From NCBI GenBank assembly GCA_963744995.1, contig CAVUWA010000002.1:1024001-1088000 (forward strand): a DNA stretch of 64,000 nucleotides, read 5' to 3'. Origin of the DNA: Candidatus Eiseniibacteriota bacterium (GTDB taxonomy: Bacteria > Eisenbacteria > RBG-16-71-46). A program made the position numbers and the translations under genes. Of the stretch, positions 41,391 to 51,582 are shown piece after piece; position 1 is the first letter of the stretch; each line of letters opens with the position of its first letter. The notes under the pieces were generated by a model. The model ran no database searches. It was given only the letters and a program-made list of their open reading frames with translations, and was not told where the DNA came from.

Positions 41391-42416
41391 GTGAAGGCCA
41401 GGCCGTGTTACCGGGCGCGCGCGCCGCTCAGGGTGTCGTTCTGCGGTGGCGGCACCGACGTTTCTCCGTATCCGGAAGAGCACGGCGGCATGGTGCTGTC
41501 GGCGACGATCAACCAGTACGCGTACGCCTCGCTCAGGCCGCGCCGCGACACGCGGTTCACGCTGTCGAGCCTCGACTACGACGTGGTCGCGCGCTACGAC
41601 CACCCGGGGCGCATGCGGCTCGACGGCAACCTCGATCTCATCAAGGCCGCGATCCGCGCGCTCAGGGTGCGGCGCGGCGCCGACCTGTGGGCGCATTCCG
41701 ACGCGCCGCCCGGCTCCGGTCTGGGCTCGTCGTCCACGCTGGTGGTGGCGTTGCTCGGCGCGATCAGCACGTGGATGAAGCGGCCGCTGTCGGGCTACGA
41801 GATCGCCGAGCTCGCCTACCGCGTCGAACGCGTGGACATGGGCCTCGCCGGCGGCCGCCAGGATCAGTACGCCGCGGCCTTCGGGGGCTTCAACTTCATC
41901 GAGTTCAACCGCGACTCGACCGTGGTGAATCCGCTGCGCATCCATCCGGACGTCCTGAACGAGCTCGAGTACCGGCTGCTGCTGTGCTACGTCGGCCAGA
42001 CGCGCCAGTCGGCGAAGATCATCGAACGGCAGACCGCCTCGTACCGTCACGGCGACGAGGCCGTCGTCAAGGCGCTGCACCACCTCAAGCAGCAGACGCT
42101 CGAGATGAAGAAGGCGCTGCTGCTCGGCAAGGTGGACGCGCTCGGCGAGCTGCTGCACGAGGCGTGGGAACACAAGAAGCAGCTCGATCCGGGAATCGCC
42201 ACGGGGCCGATGAACCGGCTGTATCAACGCGCCCGCAAGGAGGGTGCGATCGGCGGCAAGATCACCGGTGCGGGGGGCGGCGGCTACTTCCTGTTCCTCA
42301 CGCGCTTCGACCGCAAGCATCGCGTGGCGGCGGCGCTCGAGAAAATGGGCGCGCAGGTCGTGCCGTTCCAGTTCGACGTCCGCGGCCTGATCACCTGGTC
42401 GTCGGAGACGCGTTGA
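41391..42416 (+). CDS. hddA: GHMP kinase, D-glycero-alpha-D-manno-heptose-7-phosphate kinase-like
   Basis: RAPLRVSFCGGGTD, PPGSGLGSSS, GRQDQYAAAFGGFN, GKITGAGGGG. Confidence 0.82.
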   Translation: MKARPCYRARAPLRVSFCGGGTDVSPYPEEHGGMVLSATINQYAYASLRPRRDTRFTLSSLDYDVVARYDHPGRMRLDGNLDLIKAAIRALRVRRGADLWAHSDAPPGSGLGSSSTLVVALLGAISTWMKRPLSGYEIAELAYRVERVDMGLAGGRQDQYAAAFGGFNFIEFNRDSTVVNPLRIHPDVLNELEYRLLLCYVGQTRQSAKIIERQTASYRHGDEAVVKALHHLKQQTLEMKKALLLGKVDALGELLHEAWEHKKQLDPGIATGPMNRLYQRARKEGAIGGKITGAGGGGYFLFLTRFDRKHRVAAALEKMGAQVVPFQFDVRGLITWSSETR

Positions 42417-43567
42417 GGCCGAGAATCGCCCTGCTGGGCCCGCTCGCGCCGTGGCGCGGCGGGCTCGCGCAGTACCTGGCGCTGATGGGCGAGGCGCTCA
42501 TGGCCCACGCGGACGTCACCGGCGTAACGTTCACGCGCCAGTACCCGGATTTCCTGTTCCCGGGCGAGACGCAGTTCGACGACACCGCGCCGCGCCCGCG
42601 ATTTCCGACCGAGGCGCTGCTCGATTCGATCGCGCCGTGGAGTTGGAAGAAGACGGCGCGCGCGCTCGAGGCGTTCGCGCCGGGCGCGGTGATCCTCAAG
42701 TGGTGGATGCCGTTCTTCGGGCCGGCGTTCGCCTCGTCGGTGGGCCCGCTCAGGAGGCGCGGCACGCGGGTGGTGCTGGTCTGCGACAACCTGGTGCCGC
42801 ACGAGAAGCGCCTGCTCGACGACGCGTTCACGCGCTGGATGCTGCGCAACAGCGACGGCTATCTGGTGATGTCGGAGAGCGTCGAGCGGGACCTCGCCCG
42901 TCTGAAGCCGGGGGCGCCGCACCGTCGCGTGCTGCATCCGCTGTATGCCCAGTTCGATCAGGGCCGCTACACCCGCGAATCGGCACGCGCGAAGCTGGGC
43001 GTGGAGGGCGACGTGCTGCTGTTCTTCGGCTACATCCGCCGTTACAAGGGACTCGACACCCTGCTCGAAGCGTGGCCGAAGGCGCGCGCCCGCCGGCCGA
43101 TGACGCTGCTGGTCGCGGGGGAGTGCTACGAGGATCCGGCCGAGTACGAGCGCCTCGCCGCCGCGGCGGGCGAAGGCGTGCGGCTGATGCAGCGCTACAT
43201 TCCTGACGACGAGGTGGAAGCGCTGTTCAAGGCCGCGGACGCGGTCGTGCTGCCCTACCGTTCCGCGACGCAGAGCGGCGTCACCCACGTCGCCTACGCG
43301 CTCGGCAGGCCGGTGATCACGACCGACGTCGGTGGACTGTCCGAGACCGTTCATCCGGGGGAGACCGGGCTCGTGGTCCCGCCCGGCGACCCCGGCGCGC
43401 TCGCCGAGGCCATGGTGCGTTTCTTCGAAGCGGACCTGGGACCGCGGATGGCCGCCGGCGTGGCCGCATTGCAGGCGCGGCACTCATGGGAGACGCTGGC
43501 CACGGAGACGATGGCGCTGCTCGACGGTCTGGCGCCTGCGCGCGGCTGGCGGACGGACGCCGCGTGA
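42413..43567 (+). CDS. Glycosyltransferase family 4
   Basis: PWRGGLAQY, LFFGYIRRYKGLD, LPYRSATQSGV; TTG start overlapping the hddA stop. Confidence 0.88.
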   Translation: MRPRIALLGPLAPWRGGLAQYLALMGEALMAHADVTGVTFTRQYPDFLFPGETQFDDTAPRPRFPTEALLDSIAPWSWKKTARALEAFAPGAVILKWWMPFFGPAFASSVGPLRRRGTRVVLVCDNLVPHEKRLLDDAFTRWMLRNSDGYLVMSESVERDLARLKPGAPHRRVLHPLYAQFDQGRYTRESARAKLGVEGDVLLFFGYIRRYKGLDTLLEAWPKARARRPMTLLVAGECYEDPAEYERLAAAAGEGVRLMQRYIPDDEVEALFKAADAVVLPYRSATQSGVTHVAYALGRPVITTDVGGLSETVHPGETGLVVPPGDPGALAEAMVRFFEADLGPRMAAGVAALQARHSWETLATETMALLDGLAPARGWRTDAA

Positions 43568-43610
43568 ACGGCGGGAGGGGCACCATGCCGGCGGAGGGAG
43601 CGAGACGGTG

Positions 43611-45218
43611 GTGAACGCGGAGGAGCCCCGCGCCCGCGCGGTCGCGCCCGCGCCGCGCCGCGCGCCGATGGCGCAGGTGCTGCGCTGGCTGCCGGTATTC
43701 GCGTTCCTGGTGTTCGCGGTGACCGGCGGCGGTCGCGTGGTCGGCAGCGACGAGGTCACCATGCTCGAGCTCGCCCGTGCGATGCTGCACGGCCACGTGG
43801 ACGTACCGGTCGGAGCGACGCTCGACGGCCCGGACGGCAGGCACTACACCAAGAACGCGGCCGGACAGGCGGTGATCGCGCTGCCGCTGGTGGCGGCGGC
43901 CGAGGGCGCGGCCGCGCTCGCCGGTTTCGATCCGCCGCGCCGGCGCCTCGCGGTGCGCTTCGCCACGTCGTTCTTCAACGCCGCGATCACCGCGCTCGTG
44001 CTGACGGTCTTCTACCTGCTGGCGCGCATGATCGGCGCCGGTCCGGGTGCGTCGCTCGGCGGCGCGCTGCTGCTCGGCTTCACCACGCCGCTCTGGCCCT
44101 ACGCCAAGAGCTTCATGGCCGAGCCGCTGCAGGCGCTCGGCCTGCTGCTCGTGCTCATGGGTGCGGTGGCCGCGCGCAAGATTCCGCGCGGCGAAGGCAT
44201 CGCCTCGCTGGGCATCCTGATCGCCGTCTCGGCGAAGCTCAGCATGCTGCCGCTCGCGCTCGCCTGCCTGGCGCCGATGTGGGGGCTCTCGTGGCGGCGC
44301 TTCGTGCGACCGGCGCAGAGCCTGCTGATCGCGCTTGCCGGACACGCGATCTACAACTGGGCCCGCTTCGGCACGCCGCTCGAGACCGGCTACGGCGCGC
44401 AGGCTTCGGCCGCGGCGTTCACGACGCCGCTGCTGGTCGGTCTCTACGGACTGCTGATCTCGTCGGGCAAGGGGGTCATGTGGTATGCGCCGCTGCTGTG
44501 GCTCGTGCCGATCGGCTGGAGGAAGATGCGGCGGGATGCCGTGCCGCCGCCGGTGGCCGGGGACGCCCCGCCGGTGTGGACGCCCGCCGGCGCCGCGCAC
44601 ATCGCGTCGTGGGGCGTGCTCGCCGCGTGGGGCGTCGGACTGTTCCTCTATGCGCGCTTCCAGCACTGGGCCGGCGACGGCTCGTTCGGGCCGCGCTACC
44701 TGATTCCGCTGCTGCCGCTCGCGTTTCTGCCCGTCGTGCTCGCGCTCGAGCATGCGACGCGCGCGCGGAAGATCGCGATCGCCGTGCTCGCTGCGGCCGG
44801 GCTGACCGTGCAGATCGGCGGGGTCGCGGTCTACTTCGGCGCCCAGATGCGCGAGGCCGGCGACTTCCCCTACACGCTGCCGCTCGACCACCCGCGTTTC
44901 ATGAGCGACAGCCATTTCAACCCCGCATTCAGCCCGATCGCCGGGCACTGGCGCATGCTGATCCGCAACGCCGGCGAGCAGCTCGCGGGCCACGGACCCA
45001 GGCTCGAGCTCGCCGACACCGGCACGTCGCGGCTCGGCATCGACGAGGCGGATCAGGCACGGTTGCTGCACGCGCTCGACTTCTGGTGGCTCTATCTGAC
45101 CTATGCGGGCTTCCCTGCGGCGCCGGTATTCGCGGTGGCCCTGCTGCTGGTCGCGCTCGCCGTGTACGCCGGGATGCGCCTGCGGCGCGCGTACGTGCTG
45201 GAGACCCGCGGCCCGTGA
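43611..45218 (+). CDS. Polytopic membrane protein, probable GT-C glycosyltransferase
   Basis: TM1 followed by the acidic SDE motif, WPYAKSFMAEP, FGPRYLIP; many TM segments; start estimated. Confidence 0.7.
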   Translation: MNAEEPRARAVAPAPRRAPMAQVLRWLPVFAFLVFAVTGGGRVVGSDEVTMLELARAMLHGHVDVPVGATLDGPDGRHYTKNAAGQAVIALPLVAAAEGAAALAGFDPPRRRLAVRFATSFFNAAITALVLTVFYLLARMIGAGPGASLGGALLLGFTTPLWPYAKSFMAEPLQALGLLLVLMGAVAARKIPRGEGIASLGILIAVSAKLSMLPLALACLAPMWGLSWRRFVRPAQSLLIALAGHAIYNWARFGTPLETGYGAQASAAAFTTPLLVGLYGLLISSGKGVMWYAPLLWLVPIGWRKMRRDAVPPPVAGDAPPVWTPAGAAHIASWGVLAAWGVGLFLYARFQHWAGDGSFGPRYLIPLLPLAFLPVVLALEHATRARKIAIAVLAAAGLTVQIGGVAVYFGAQMREAGDFPYTLPLDHPRFMSDSHFNPAFSPIAGHWRMLIRNAGEQLAGHGPRLELADTGTSRLGIDEADQARLLHALDFWWLYLTYAGFPAAPVFAVALLLVALAVYAGMRLRRAYVLETRGP

Positions 45219-46126
45219 AGCGGCTGACCGTGATCGTGCTCAACTGGAACGGCTGGAACGACACGGCCGCGCTGCTGCCGACGCTCGGGCGCTGCCGCGT
45301 GCCGGAGGGCTGGACCGCGCGCGTCATGGTGGTGGACAACGGCTCCACCGACGGTTCGCCCGAACGTCTGCGCGCCGCATTTCCCGAAACCGAAGTACTG
45401 GCGCTCCCCGAGAACCGCATGTTCGCGGGCGGCAACAACGCCGGCCTCGAGCGCGCGCTGGCGCGCGGCGACGACGCGATCATGCTGCTCAACAACGACA
45501 CCGAAGCGGACCCCGGGCTCTACGAGAAGCTGCTGCTGGCGCTCGAGCAGGACCCGCAGGCGGGCGCCTGCGCACCGCTCATCTACCATGCGCCGCCCGG
45601 CGACTCGATCTGGTACGCGGGGGCCGCGTGCGTGCCTGCGCTCGGCTGGGCCGCGCACCGCGGGCTGCGCGAGAAGGATCGCGGCCGCTATCGCGAGATC
45701 GAAACGACCGGCTACCTGACGGGCTGCTGCCTGCTCGCATGGGGCGAGGTGTGGAAGAAGGTCGGGCTGCTGGATCCGCGCTATCACATCTACGCCGAGG
45801 ACGCCGACTGGTGCCTGCGCGCGCGCACCGCGGGCTACCGGCTGCTGTTCGTGCCGACCGCGCGGCTCTGGCACAAGGTGTCGTCGTCCTCGGGCGGCGC
45901 CGCAAGCGCGTGGAAGATCTACCAGCGCCTGCGTGCGAACCTGCGGCTGTTCGCGACGCACGCCCGCGGCCCCGCCCGCGTGACCTGGCTGCCCGCGCTG
46001 CTCGCGCAGCAGGCGGCGCTCATGGGCTGGCTGGTCCTGCGCGGGAAAGGCGGTGCCGCGGGGGCGGTGCCGCGCGCCCTGTGGGACGCGCTGCGCGGCC
46101 GGCCGGCGGCGGAGGTGCGGGCGTGA
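45215..46126 (+). CDS. Glycosyltransferase family 2 (rhamnosyltransferase-like)
   Basis: IVLNWNG, VDNGSTDGS, LLNND, YAEDADWCLR. Confidence 0.9.
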   Translation: MKRLTVIVLNWNGWNDTAALLPTLGRCRVPEGWTARVMVVDNGSTDGSPERLRAAFPETEVLALPENRMFAGGNNAGLERALARGDDAIMLLNNDTEADPGLYEKLLLALEQDPQAGACAPLIYHAPPGDSIWYAGAACVPALGWAAHRGLREKDRGRYREIETTGYLTGCCLLAWGEVWKKVGLLDPRYHIYAEDADWCLRARTAGYRLLFVPTARLWHKVSSSSGGAASAWKIYQRLRANLRLFATHARGPARVTWLPALLAQQAALMGWLVLRGKGGAAGAVPRALWDALRGRPAAEVRA

Positions 46127-46190
46127 GGGGGACGGCGCGGGAGGCCGGGCGGCAACGGACAGGCCCCGGCGCCGGGCACAGGCTGCGCGC

Positions 46191-47021
46191 ATGACCGTGC
46201 CCTGGGCGAAGAAGCCGGCCATTGCTCCCGGCGAGCCGCCGCTGTTCCTGCGCGAGATGATCGCCGCGCAGCCTGGAGGGGCGCGCGTGCTCGACGCCGG
46301 CTGCGGGCCCGGCTCGTGGCCGTACGATCTGCGCCCCGATCTCAAGATCACCGGCTTCGACGTCAAGTTCCCGCCCGGTCCGCCCGCGCGCTCGCCCCAC
46401 GTCACGGTGTTCCGCGGCGACCTCGCGCGGCTGCCGGTGCGCGCGGGCACGTTCGACCTCACGGTGTGCCACTACGTGCTCGAGCACGTCACCGAGCTCG
46501 ACGCCTGCTGCGACGAGCTCGTGCGCGTGACGAAGCCGGACGGCACGCTCTACCTGTCGGTGCCGCGCGCGGCGGCGTTCGACGATCGCCTGTATCGGTT
46601 CGCCGGCTACTTCGCGAAGTATGCGCTCGGCAAGTTCCGCAAGCGGATCGAGCATCAGCAGCGTTTCGATTTCGAGAAGCTCAAGCGGCTGTTCGCCGCC
46701 CGCGGCTTCGGACTCATCGCGTACGCGAAGGTCCCGGCCGGGTTCTCGTGGATGAATGACGCGCGCACCAAGGCGCTGCAGGGGCCGTTCACCGATGCGC
46801 TCGCCGCGCTGCACCGGTGGGTCGGCATCGATCTCGCCGCCGATGCGAACTTCGTGATGACGTTCCGGAAGGGCGCGCACGCGGCGCCCGCCGTGCGGCG
46901 CGTCACGCACGTCTGCCGCGAGTGCGGCGAGCACGCCGTACTCGATCCACCGTCGCCCGCCCCGCACACGTGGGTTTGCCCGTGGTGCGGCAAGCCGAAT
47001 CCGTTTGGGAGACCGCGGTGA
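46191..47021 (+). CDS. SAM-dependent methyltransferase with C-terminal zinc ribbon
   Basis: VLDAGCGPG, YVLEHV, C-terminal CRECG...CPWCG. Confidence 0.8.
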   Translation: MTVPWAKKPAIAPGEPPLFLREMIAAQPGGARVLDAGCGPGSWPYDLRPDLKITGFDVKFPPGPPARSPHVTVFRGDLARLPVRAGTFDLTVCHYVLEHVTELDACCDELVRVTKPDGTLYLSVPRAAAFDDRLYRFAGYFAKYALGKFRKRIEHQQRFDFEKLKRLFAARGFGLIAYAKVPAGFSWMNDARTKALQGPFTDALAALHRWVGIDLAADANFVMTFRKGAHAAPAVRRVTHVCRECGEHAVLDPPSPAPHTWVCPWCGKPNPFGRPR

Positions 47022-48049
47022 AGGTCCTCCACGCTCCGGCCGAGATCGCCGGGCAGGCTTCGACGCTCGCGAAGGCGCTGCGGGCGATCGGCGTGGAGGC
47101 GCACTCGATCGCCTACAACCCGGGTTTCCCGCAGTACACCCCCGACGAGATGCACGACTACGACGCGCGCTCCGCGCTGCGGCGCTACGCCGGGTATCTG
47201 AAGACGCTCGCCGCGCACCTTGGCCGCTACGACGTCTATCACTTCCACTTCGGCCGCACGCTGGTGCCGCCGCACAACCCCGACCTGCCGCTCTACCGCG
47301 CGGCCGGCGGGCGCGTCGTGTTCCACTACCACGGCTGCGACATCCGCAGCCGCGCGCACATGCTGGCCACGCACGCCCGCGCGGCGTGCACCGAGTGCGA
47401 TCCGTTCTGCAACCCGGCGCGGCAGCGCGCGATCGGCCGCGCGGCGGCGCGTTACGCGGACGCCGAATTCGTCTCGACGCCGGACCTGCTCGAATCGGCG
47501 CCGCGCGCCGGGCACCTGCCGGTGGCGATCGACCTCGAGGATTACGCGGTGCAGCCGGTGCGGAAGACGCCGCGGCTCGTTCTGCACGCGCCCACCAACC
47601 GGCTGATCAAGGGCACGCGCTACGTCGAGGCGGCGTTCGCGGCCCTGCGCCCGCGTTTTCCCGGCGTCACGTTCCGCACGGTCGAACGCCTGCCGTGGCA
47701 CGAGCTGCGCGCCCTAATGGCGGAGGCCGACGTCGTGGTGGACCAGGTGTTCATGGGCTGGTACGGCATGGTCGCGGTCGAGGCGATGGCGCTCGGCCGG
47801 CCGGTGCTGTGCTTCATCCGCGACGACTTCGAGCCGCGGCTCGAGGGCGACCCGATCGTGCGCACGACGAAGGAGACGCTGGCGGAAGACCTCGCGCGGG
47901 TGCTGGCCGGGGCCGACCGCGAGGCGCTCGCCCATCGCGGGCGGGCGTTCGTCGAGCGCGAGAACGCGGCGCCGCGGATCGCGCGGCACCTGCTCGAAAC
48001 CTACGAGCGCCTGACGGGCGCCCGCACGGGGGAGACCGCCGGTGCGTGA
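47018..48049 (+). CDS. GT-B fold glycosyltransferase (GT4-like)
   Basis: HAPTNRLIKGT, DQVFMGWYGMVAVEAMALGRP; Cys-rich insert HGCDIR..CTECDPFC. Confidence 0.8.
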   Translation: MKVLHAPAEIAGQASTLAKALRAIGVEAHSIAYNPGFPQYTPDEMHDYDARSALRRYAGYLKTLAAHLGRYDVYHFHFGRTLVPPHNPDLPLYRAAGGRVVFHYHGCDIRSRAHMLATHARAACTECDPFCNPARQRAIGRAAARYADAEFVSTPDLLESAPRAGHLPVAIDLEDYAVQPVRKTPRLVLHAPTNRLIKGTRYVEAAFAALRPRFPGVTFRTVERLPWHELRALMAEADVVVDQVFMGWYGMVAVEAMALGRPVLCFIRDDFEPRLEGDPIVRTTKETLAEDLARVLAGADREALAHRGRAFVERENAAPRIARHLLETYERLTGARTGETAGA

Positions 48050-49484
48050 GGCCCTGAAGCGGCTGACCGGCGAGTCGGTGGTCTACGGCCTTGGCCAGGT
48101 GAGCGGCCGCGCCGTGCAGCTGCTGCTGGTACCGGTCCTCACCCGCGTGCTGACCCCGGGCGCCTACGGTATCGGCGAGCTGGTGATCGCCTATGCGCAG
48201 ACGGCCGTGCTGATCCTGGTGTTCGGCATGGACGGCGCGCTGGCGCGCTTCTTCTACCACGAGCCCGACCGTGCGGCGCGGATCCGCATGGCGTCCACGT
48301 CGCTCGTCTTCCGCCTGGTGACGGGCGGACTGGTCGCGCTCGCGCTCGCACTCGCCAGCGGGCCGATCGCCGACCTCGTGCTGGGCGGCGCGGTGTATCG
48401 CAAGTACCTGCTGCTCGGCGCGGTGACGTTGCCGCTCACGCTGCTGGTGCTGTTCTCGAACGACGTGCTGCGCGTGACGTTCCAGCCGTGGAAGTTCATC
48501 GCCCTGAACCTGACCCAGACCGTGGTCACGGCGACGGTGGCCGTGTGGATGGTGGTGTTCCAGAAGACCGGCGTCGTCGGCGTGCTCTACGGGCGCCTCG
48601 CCGGCGACGGCTGCGCGGCGCTGGTCGGGCTCGTGCTGGTGCGCCACACGATCCGGCCGCACTTCGAACGCGCCGTGCTCCGCAAGATGCTCGCCTACGG
48701 CCTGCCGCTGGTGCCGGTGGCGTTCGCCTACGGGGCGATCACCGCGGTGGACCGGTTCACCCTGCAGCGCACGCGTTCGCTCGAGGAAGTCGCGGTGTAC
48801 GCGGTGGCGATGAAGTTCTTCGCCGTGGTGACCATGGGGGTCTCCGCGTTCCAGCTCGCCTACGGGCCGTTCGCGTTCGCGCGTGCGCACGAACCCGACG
48901 CGAAGCGACTTTATGCCCGCGTGTTCGCCGCGTTCGTCTCGCTGGGCTCGCTCGGCGCGCTGATCGTGGCGGTCTTTTCGCGGGAAGCGCTCGCCGTGCT
49001 GGCGCCGGCGTCGTATGCGGGCGCCGCGGTCCCGGCGGCCTGGCTGGCCTTTGCGGCGGTCGCGCAGGGTGCTTACTATGTCGCGTCCGTCGGCGTCGGC
49101 CTGGCACTGCAGACGCCGTGGCTCGGGCTCTCGGCCGGGGGCGCCGCGGTGGTCGCGGTGACCGCCAATGCGCTGCTCACCCCGCGCTTCGGCCCGGTGG
49201 GGGCGGCGGCCGCGACCGCGCTCGCCTACGTCACGTCGGCGCTGCTGACCTATGTCGTGGCGCAGCGCGTGTATCCGGTGCCGTACCGCGGCATGCGGCT
49301 GCTGGCCCTGTTCGCGCTGGCGCTGGCGGCGGGGCTGTGGCTCGCGTCGCATGCGCCGGCAGGCGCCGCCGGCGTCGGACTGCGCGTGGTCGCGGTGCTG
49401 GGTTTCGCCGGAGTGTGTGCGCTTGCGCGCGTATGGAAGAACGATGGAGCGGTTGCGCCCGAACGCGCGGCCGGGCCGGTCTAG
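48042..49484 (+). CDS. Wzx-type oligosaccharide flippase
   Basis: LVPVLTRVLTPGAYG N-terminus, about 12-14 TM segments, MOP-family pattern. Confidence 0.85.
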   Translation: MREALKRLTGESVVYGLGQVSGRAVQLLLVPVLTRVLTPGAYGIGELVIAYAQTAVLILVFGMDGALARFFYHEPDRAARIRMASTSLVFRLVTGGLVALALALASGPIADLVLGGAVYRKYLLLGAVTLPLTLLVLFSNDVLRVTFQPWKFIALNLTQTVVTATVAVWMVVFQKTGVVGVLYGRLAGDGCAALVGLVLVRHTIRPHFERAVLRKMLAYGLPLVPVAFAYGAITAVDRFTLQRTRSLEEVAVYAVAMKFFAVVTMGVSAFQLAYGPFAFARAHEPDAKRLYARVFAAFVSLGSLGALIVAVFSREALAVLAPASYAGAAVPAAWLAFAAVAQGAYYVASVGVGLALQTPWLGLSAGGAAVVAVTANALLTPRFGPVGAAAATALAYVTSALLTYVVAQRVYPVPYRGMRLLALFALALAAGLWLASHAPAGAAGVGLRVVAVLGFAGVCALARVWKNDGAVAPERAAGPV

Positions 49485-49505
49485 AGATCAGGGGGAACAC
49501 GGGTC

Positions 49506-51581
49506 ATGTGCGGAATCGCGGGACTGATCGAGCGGAGTGGACGCGCGGATCTCGGACGGCTGCACCTGATGTCGCTGCTGTTGCGCCATCGCGGGCCCGA
49601 CGACGAGGGCGGCGTGCTGATCGACGCCGAAGGCGGCCAGTGGATGACGCTGGGCGGTCCGGACACGCCGGCGGAGGCCTATGCGAGCGGGACGCCGTTC
49701 GCGCCGGGCCGCAAGTCCGGTGACCAGAAGACCGCGCAGTACCGGCTCGGCTTCGTCCACCGGCGGCTCTCGATCGTGGATCTCTCGCCGACCGGTCATC
49801 AGCCGATGAGCGACGCATCCGGGCGGACCTGGATCGTCTACAACGGCGAGATCTACAATCACCTCGAGCTGCGCACCGAGCTCGAGAAGGCCGGGGCGAC
49901 GTTCATCGGCACGAGCGACACCGAGGTCATCCTCGCCGCATACCGCGAATGGGGCCGCGGCTGCCTGCCGCGTCTGAACGGCATGTTCGCCTTCGCGCTC
50001 TGGGACGGCGAAAAAGGCGAGCTGTTCTGCGCACGCGACCGGCTGGGCATCAAGCCGTTCTACTTCGAGACCGACGGCGGGCACTTCGCGTTCGCCTCCG
50101 AGCCGGCCGCCCTGGTGCGCACACGCCCGCAGCGCGCGCGGCCGCGACTGGCGGCGATCCACGACCTGATCTCGCTCGACTGGCTGGACCACGAGTCGCC
50201 GACGTTCTTCGAAGGGCTCTATCAGCTGCCGCCCGGGCAGTACGCGGTGTTCGGCAGGGACGGCCTGGCGCTGCACCGCTGGTGGACGCTCGACCCCAAC
50301 GCGCGTGCGACCGGCCATCCGGCCGAGTGGGCGGAGGAGTTCGAGCGGCTGTTCACCGATGCCGTGCGGCTGCGCATGCGCGCCGACGTCGAAGTGGGTT
50401 CGTGCCTCTCGGGCGGACTCGATTCGAGTGCCGTCGTCACCACCGCGGCGCAGCTCGGCGACAGGCCGCTGCACGCCTTCACGTGCGCCTACGACGAGGG
50501 CCCGGCGTACGACGAGCGTCCTTACGTGCGCGCGACCGTCGAAGCCAGCGGCGCGACCTCGCATCTCGTCGTGCCGGACGGCGGCGACTTCTGGGACACG
50601 TTCGACGTGCTGCACGCGCAGCAGGGCGAGCCGACCGCGGGGCCGGGGCTCTACTCGCAGTGGAAGGTGATGGGGCTCGCGCGGGAGGCCGGGCTCAAGG
50701 TGCTGCTCGATGGCCAGGGCGGCGACGAGACGCTGGCCGGCTACTTCCGCTACCTGCCGCTGCGCCTGCGTGACCTGTTCGCGAACGGGCGGCTGATCGC
50801 CTTCACGCAGCTGTGGGGTGACGTCGTGCAGCGTCTCGGCATGCGCACCACGCTCGGGCTCGTTACCGAGCCGCTGATGCCTCCCGGGGTGGCGCCCTTC
50901 CTGCGCCGCCGTTTCGGACAGGGCAAGGATCTCGTGCTCGGTGAGGCCCTGCGCGGCATGAAGCGTCGTGTGCCGCAGGCGCCGGCCGGCTTCGGCACCG
51001 CGGTCCGGCGCCAGCAGGCGTTCGACCTCACTCAGCGGCTGCTGCCGTCGCTGCTGCGCTACGAAGACCGCAACAGCATGGCGTTCTCGATCGAGACGCG
51101 GCTGCCGTTCCTGGATCACCGCCTGGTCGAGTTCGCACTCTCGTTGCCGGACGATCAGCGCCTCGACGGCGCCACCACCAAGGCGATCCTGCGCCGGAGC
51201 CTCGCCGACCGCATTCCGCCGCCGGTGCTCGCGCGCCGCGACAAGATGGGCTTCGAAACGCCGACCGACGTGTGGCTGCGCTCGCGCTTCGCGAACGAGG
51301 TGCGTCACCGGCTGAACACGCCTGGACCGCATCACGAGTGGCTGGATCCTGCCGCGATGGCCGACGCCGTCGAGTCGTACCTGGTCGAGCGGCGCCCGAT
51401 CGGCCTGCAGGTCTGGCGCTGGTTGTCGCTCGAGTCGTGGGGCCGCCAGTACGTGGCCGGAGACCCGCGGGTGATCGAGCGCGCGCGCGAGATCCCGCTC
51501 CATGCCGGCCGCCACCGTTCGTACGTGGAGGTCCTCAAGGACTTCCAGCGCGAAGAGGCGTCGCCGACCAGCGCGGCCTGA
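49506..51581 (+). CDS. asnB: Asparagine synthase-family glutamine amidotransferase
   Basis: MCGIAG, HRGPD, RLSIVD, YNGEIYN, RDRLGIKP, LSGGLDSS, GQGGDE, RLPFLDH. Confidence 0.93.
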   Translation: MCGIAGLIERSGRADLGRLHLMSLLLRHRGPDDEGGVLIDAEGGQWMTLGGPDTPAEAYASGTPFAPGRKSGDQKTAQYRLGFVHRRLSIVDLSPTGHQPMSDASGRTWIVYNGEIYNHLELRTELEKAGATFIGTSDTEVILAAYREWGRGCLPRLNGMFAFALWDGEKGELFCARDRLGIKPFYFETDGGHFAFASEPAALVRTRPQRARPRLAAIHDLISLDWLDHESPTFFEGLYQLPPGQYAVFGRDGLALHRWWTLDPNARATGHPAEWAEEFERLFTDAVRLRMRADVEVGSCLSGGLDSSAVVTTAAQLGDRPLHAFTCAYDEGPAYDERPYVRATVEASGATSHLVVPDGGDFWDTFDVLHAQQGEPTAGPGLYSQWKVMGLAREAGLKVLLDGQGGDETLAGYFRYLPLRLRDLFANGRLIAFTQLWGDVVQRLGMRTTLGLVTEPLMPPGVAPFLRRRFGQGKDLVLGEALRGMKRRVPQAPAGFGTAVRRQQAFDLTQRLLPSLLRYEDRNSMAFSIETRLPFLDHRLVEFALSLPDDQRLDGATTKAILRRSLADRIPPPVLARRDKMGFETPTDVWLRSRFANEVRHRLNTPGPHHEWLDPAAMADAVESYLVERRPIGLQVWRWLSLESWGRQYVAGDPRVIERAREIPLHAGRHRSYVEVLKDFQREEASPTSAA

Positions 51582-51582
51582 G

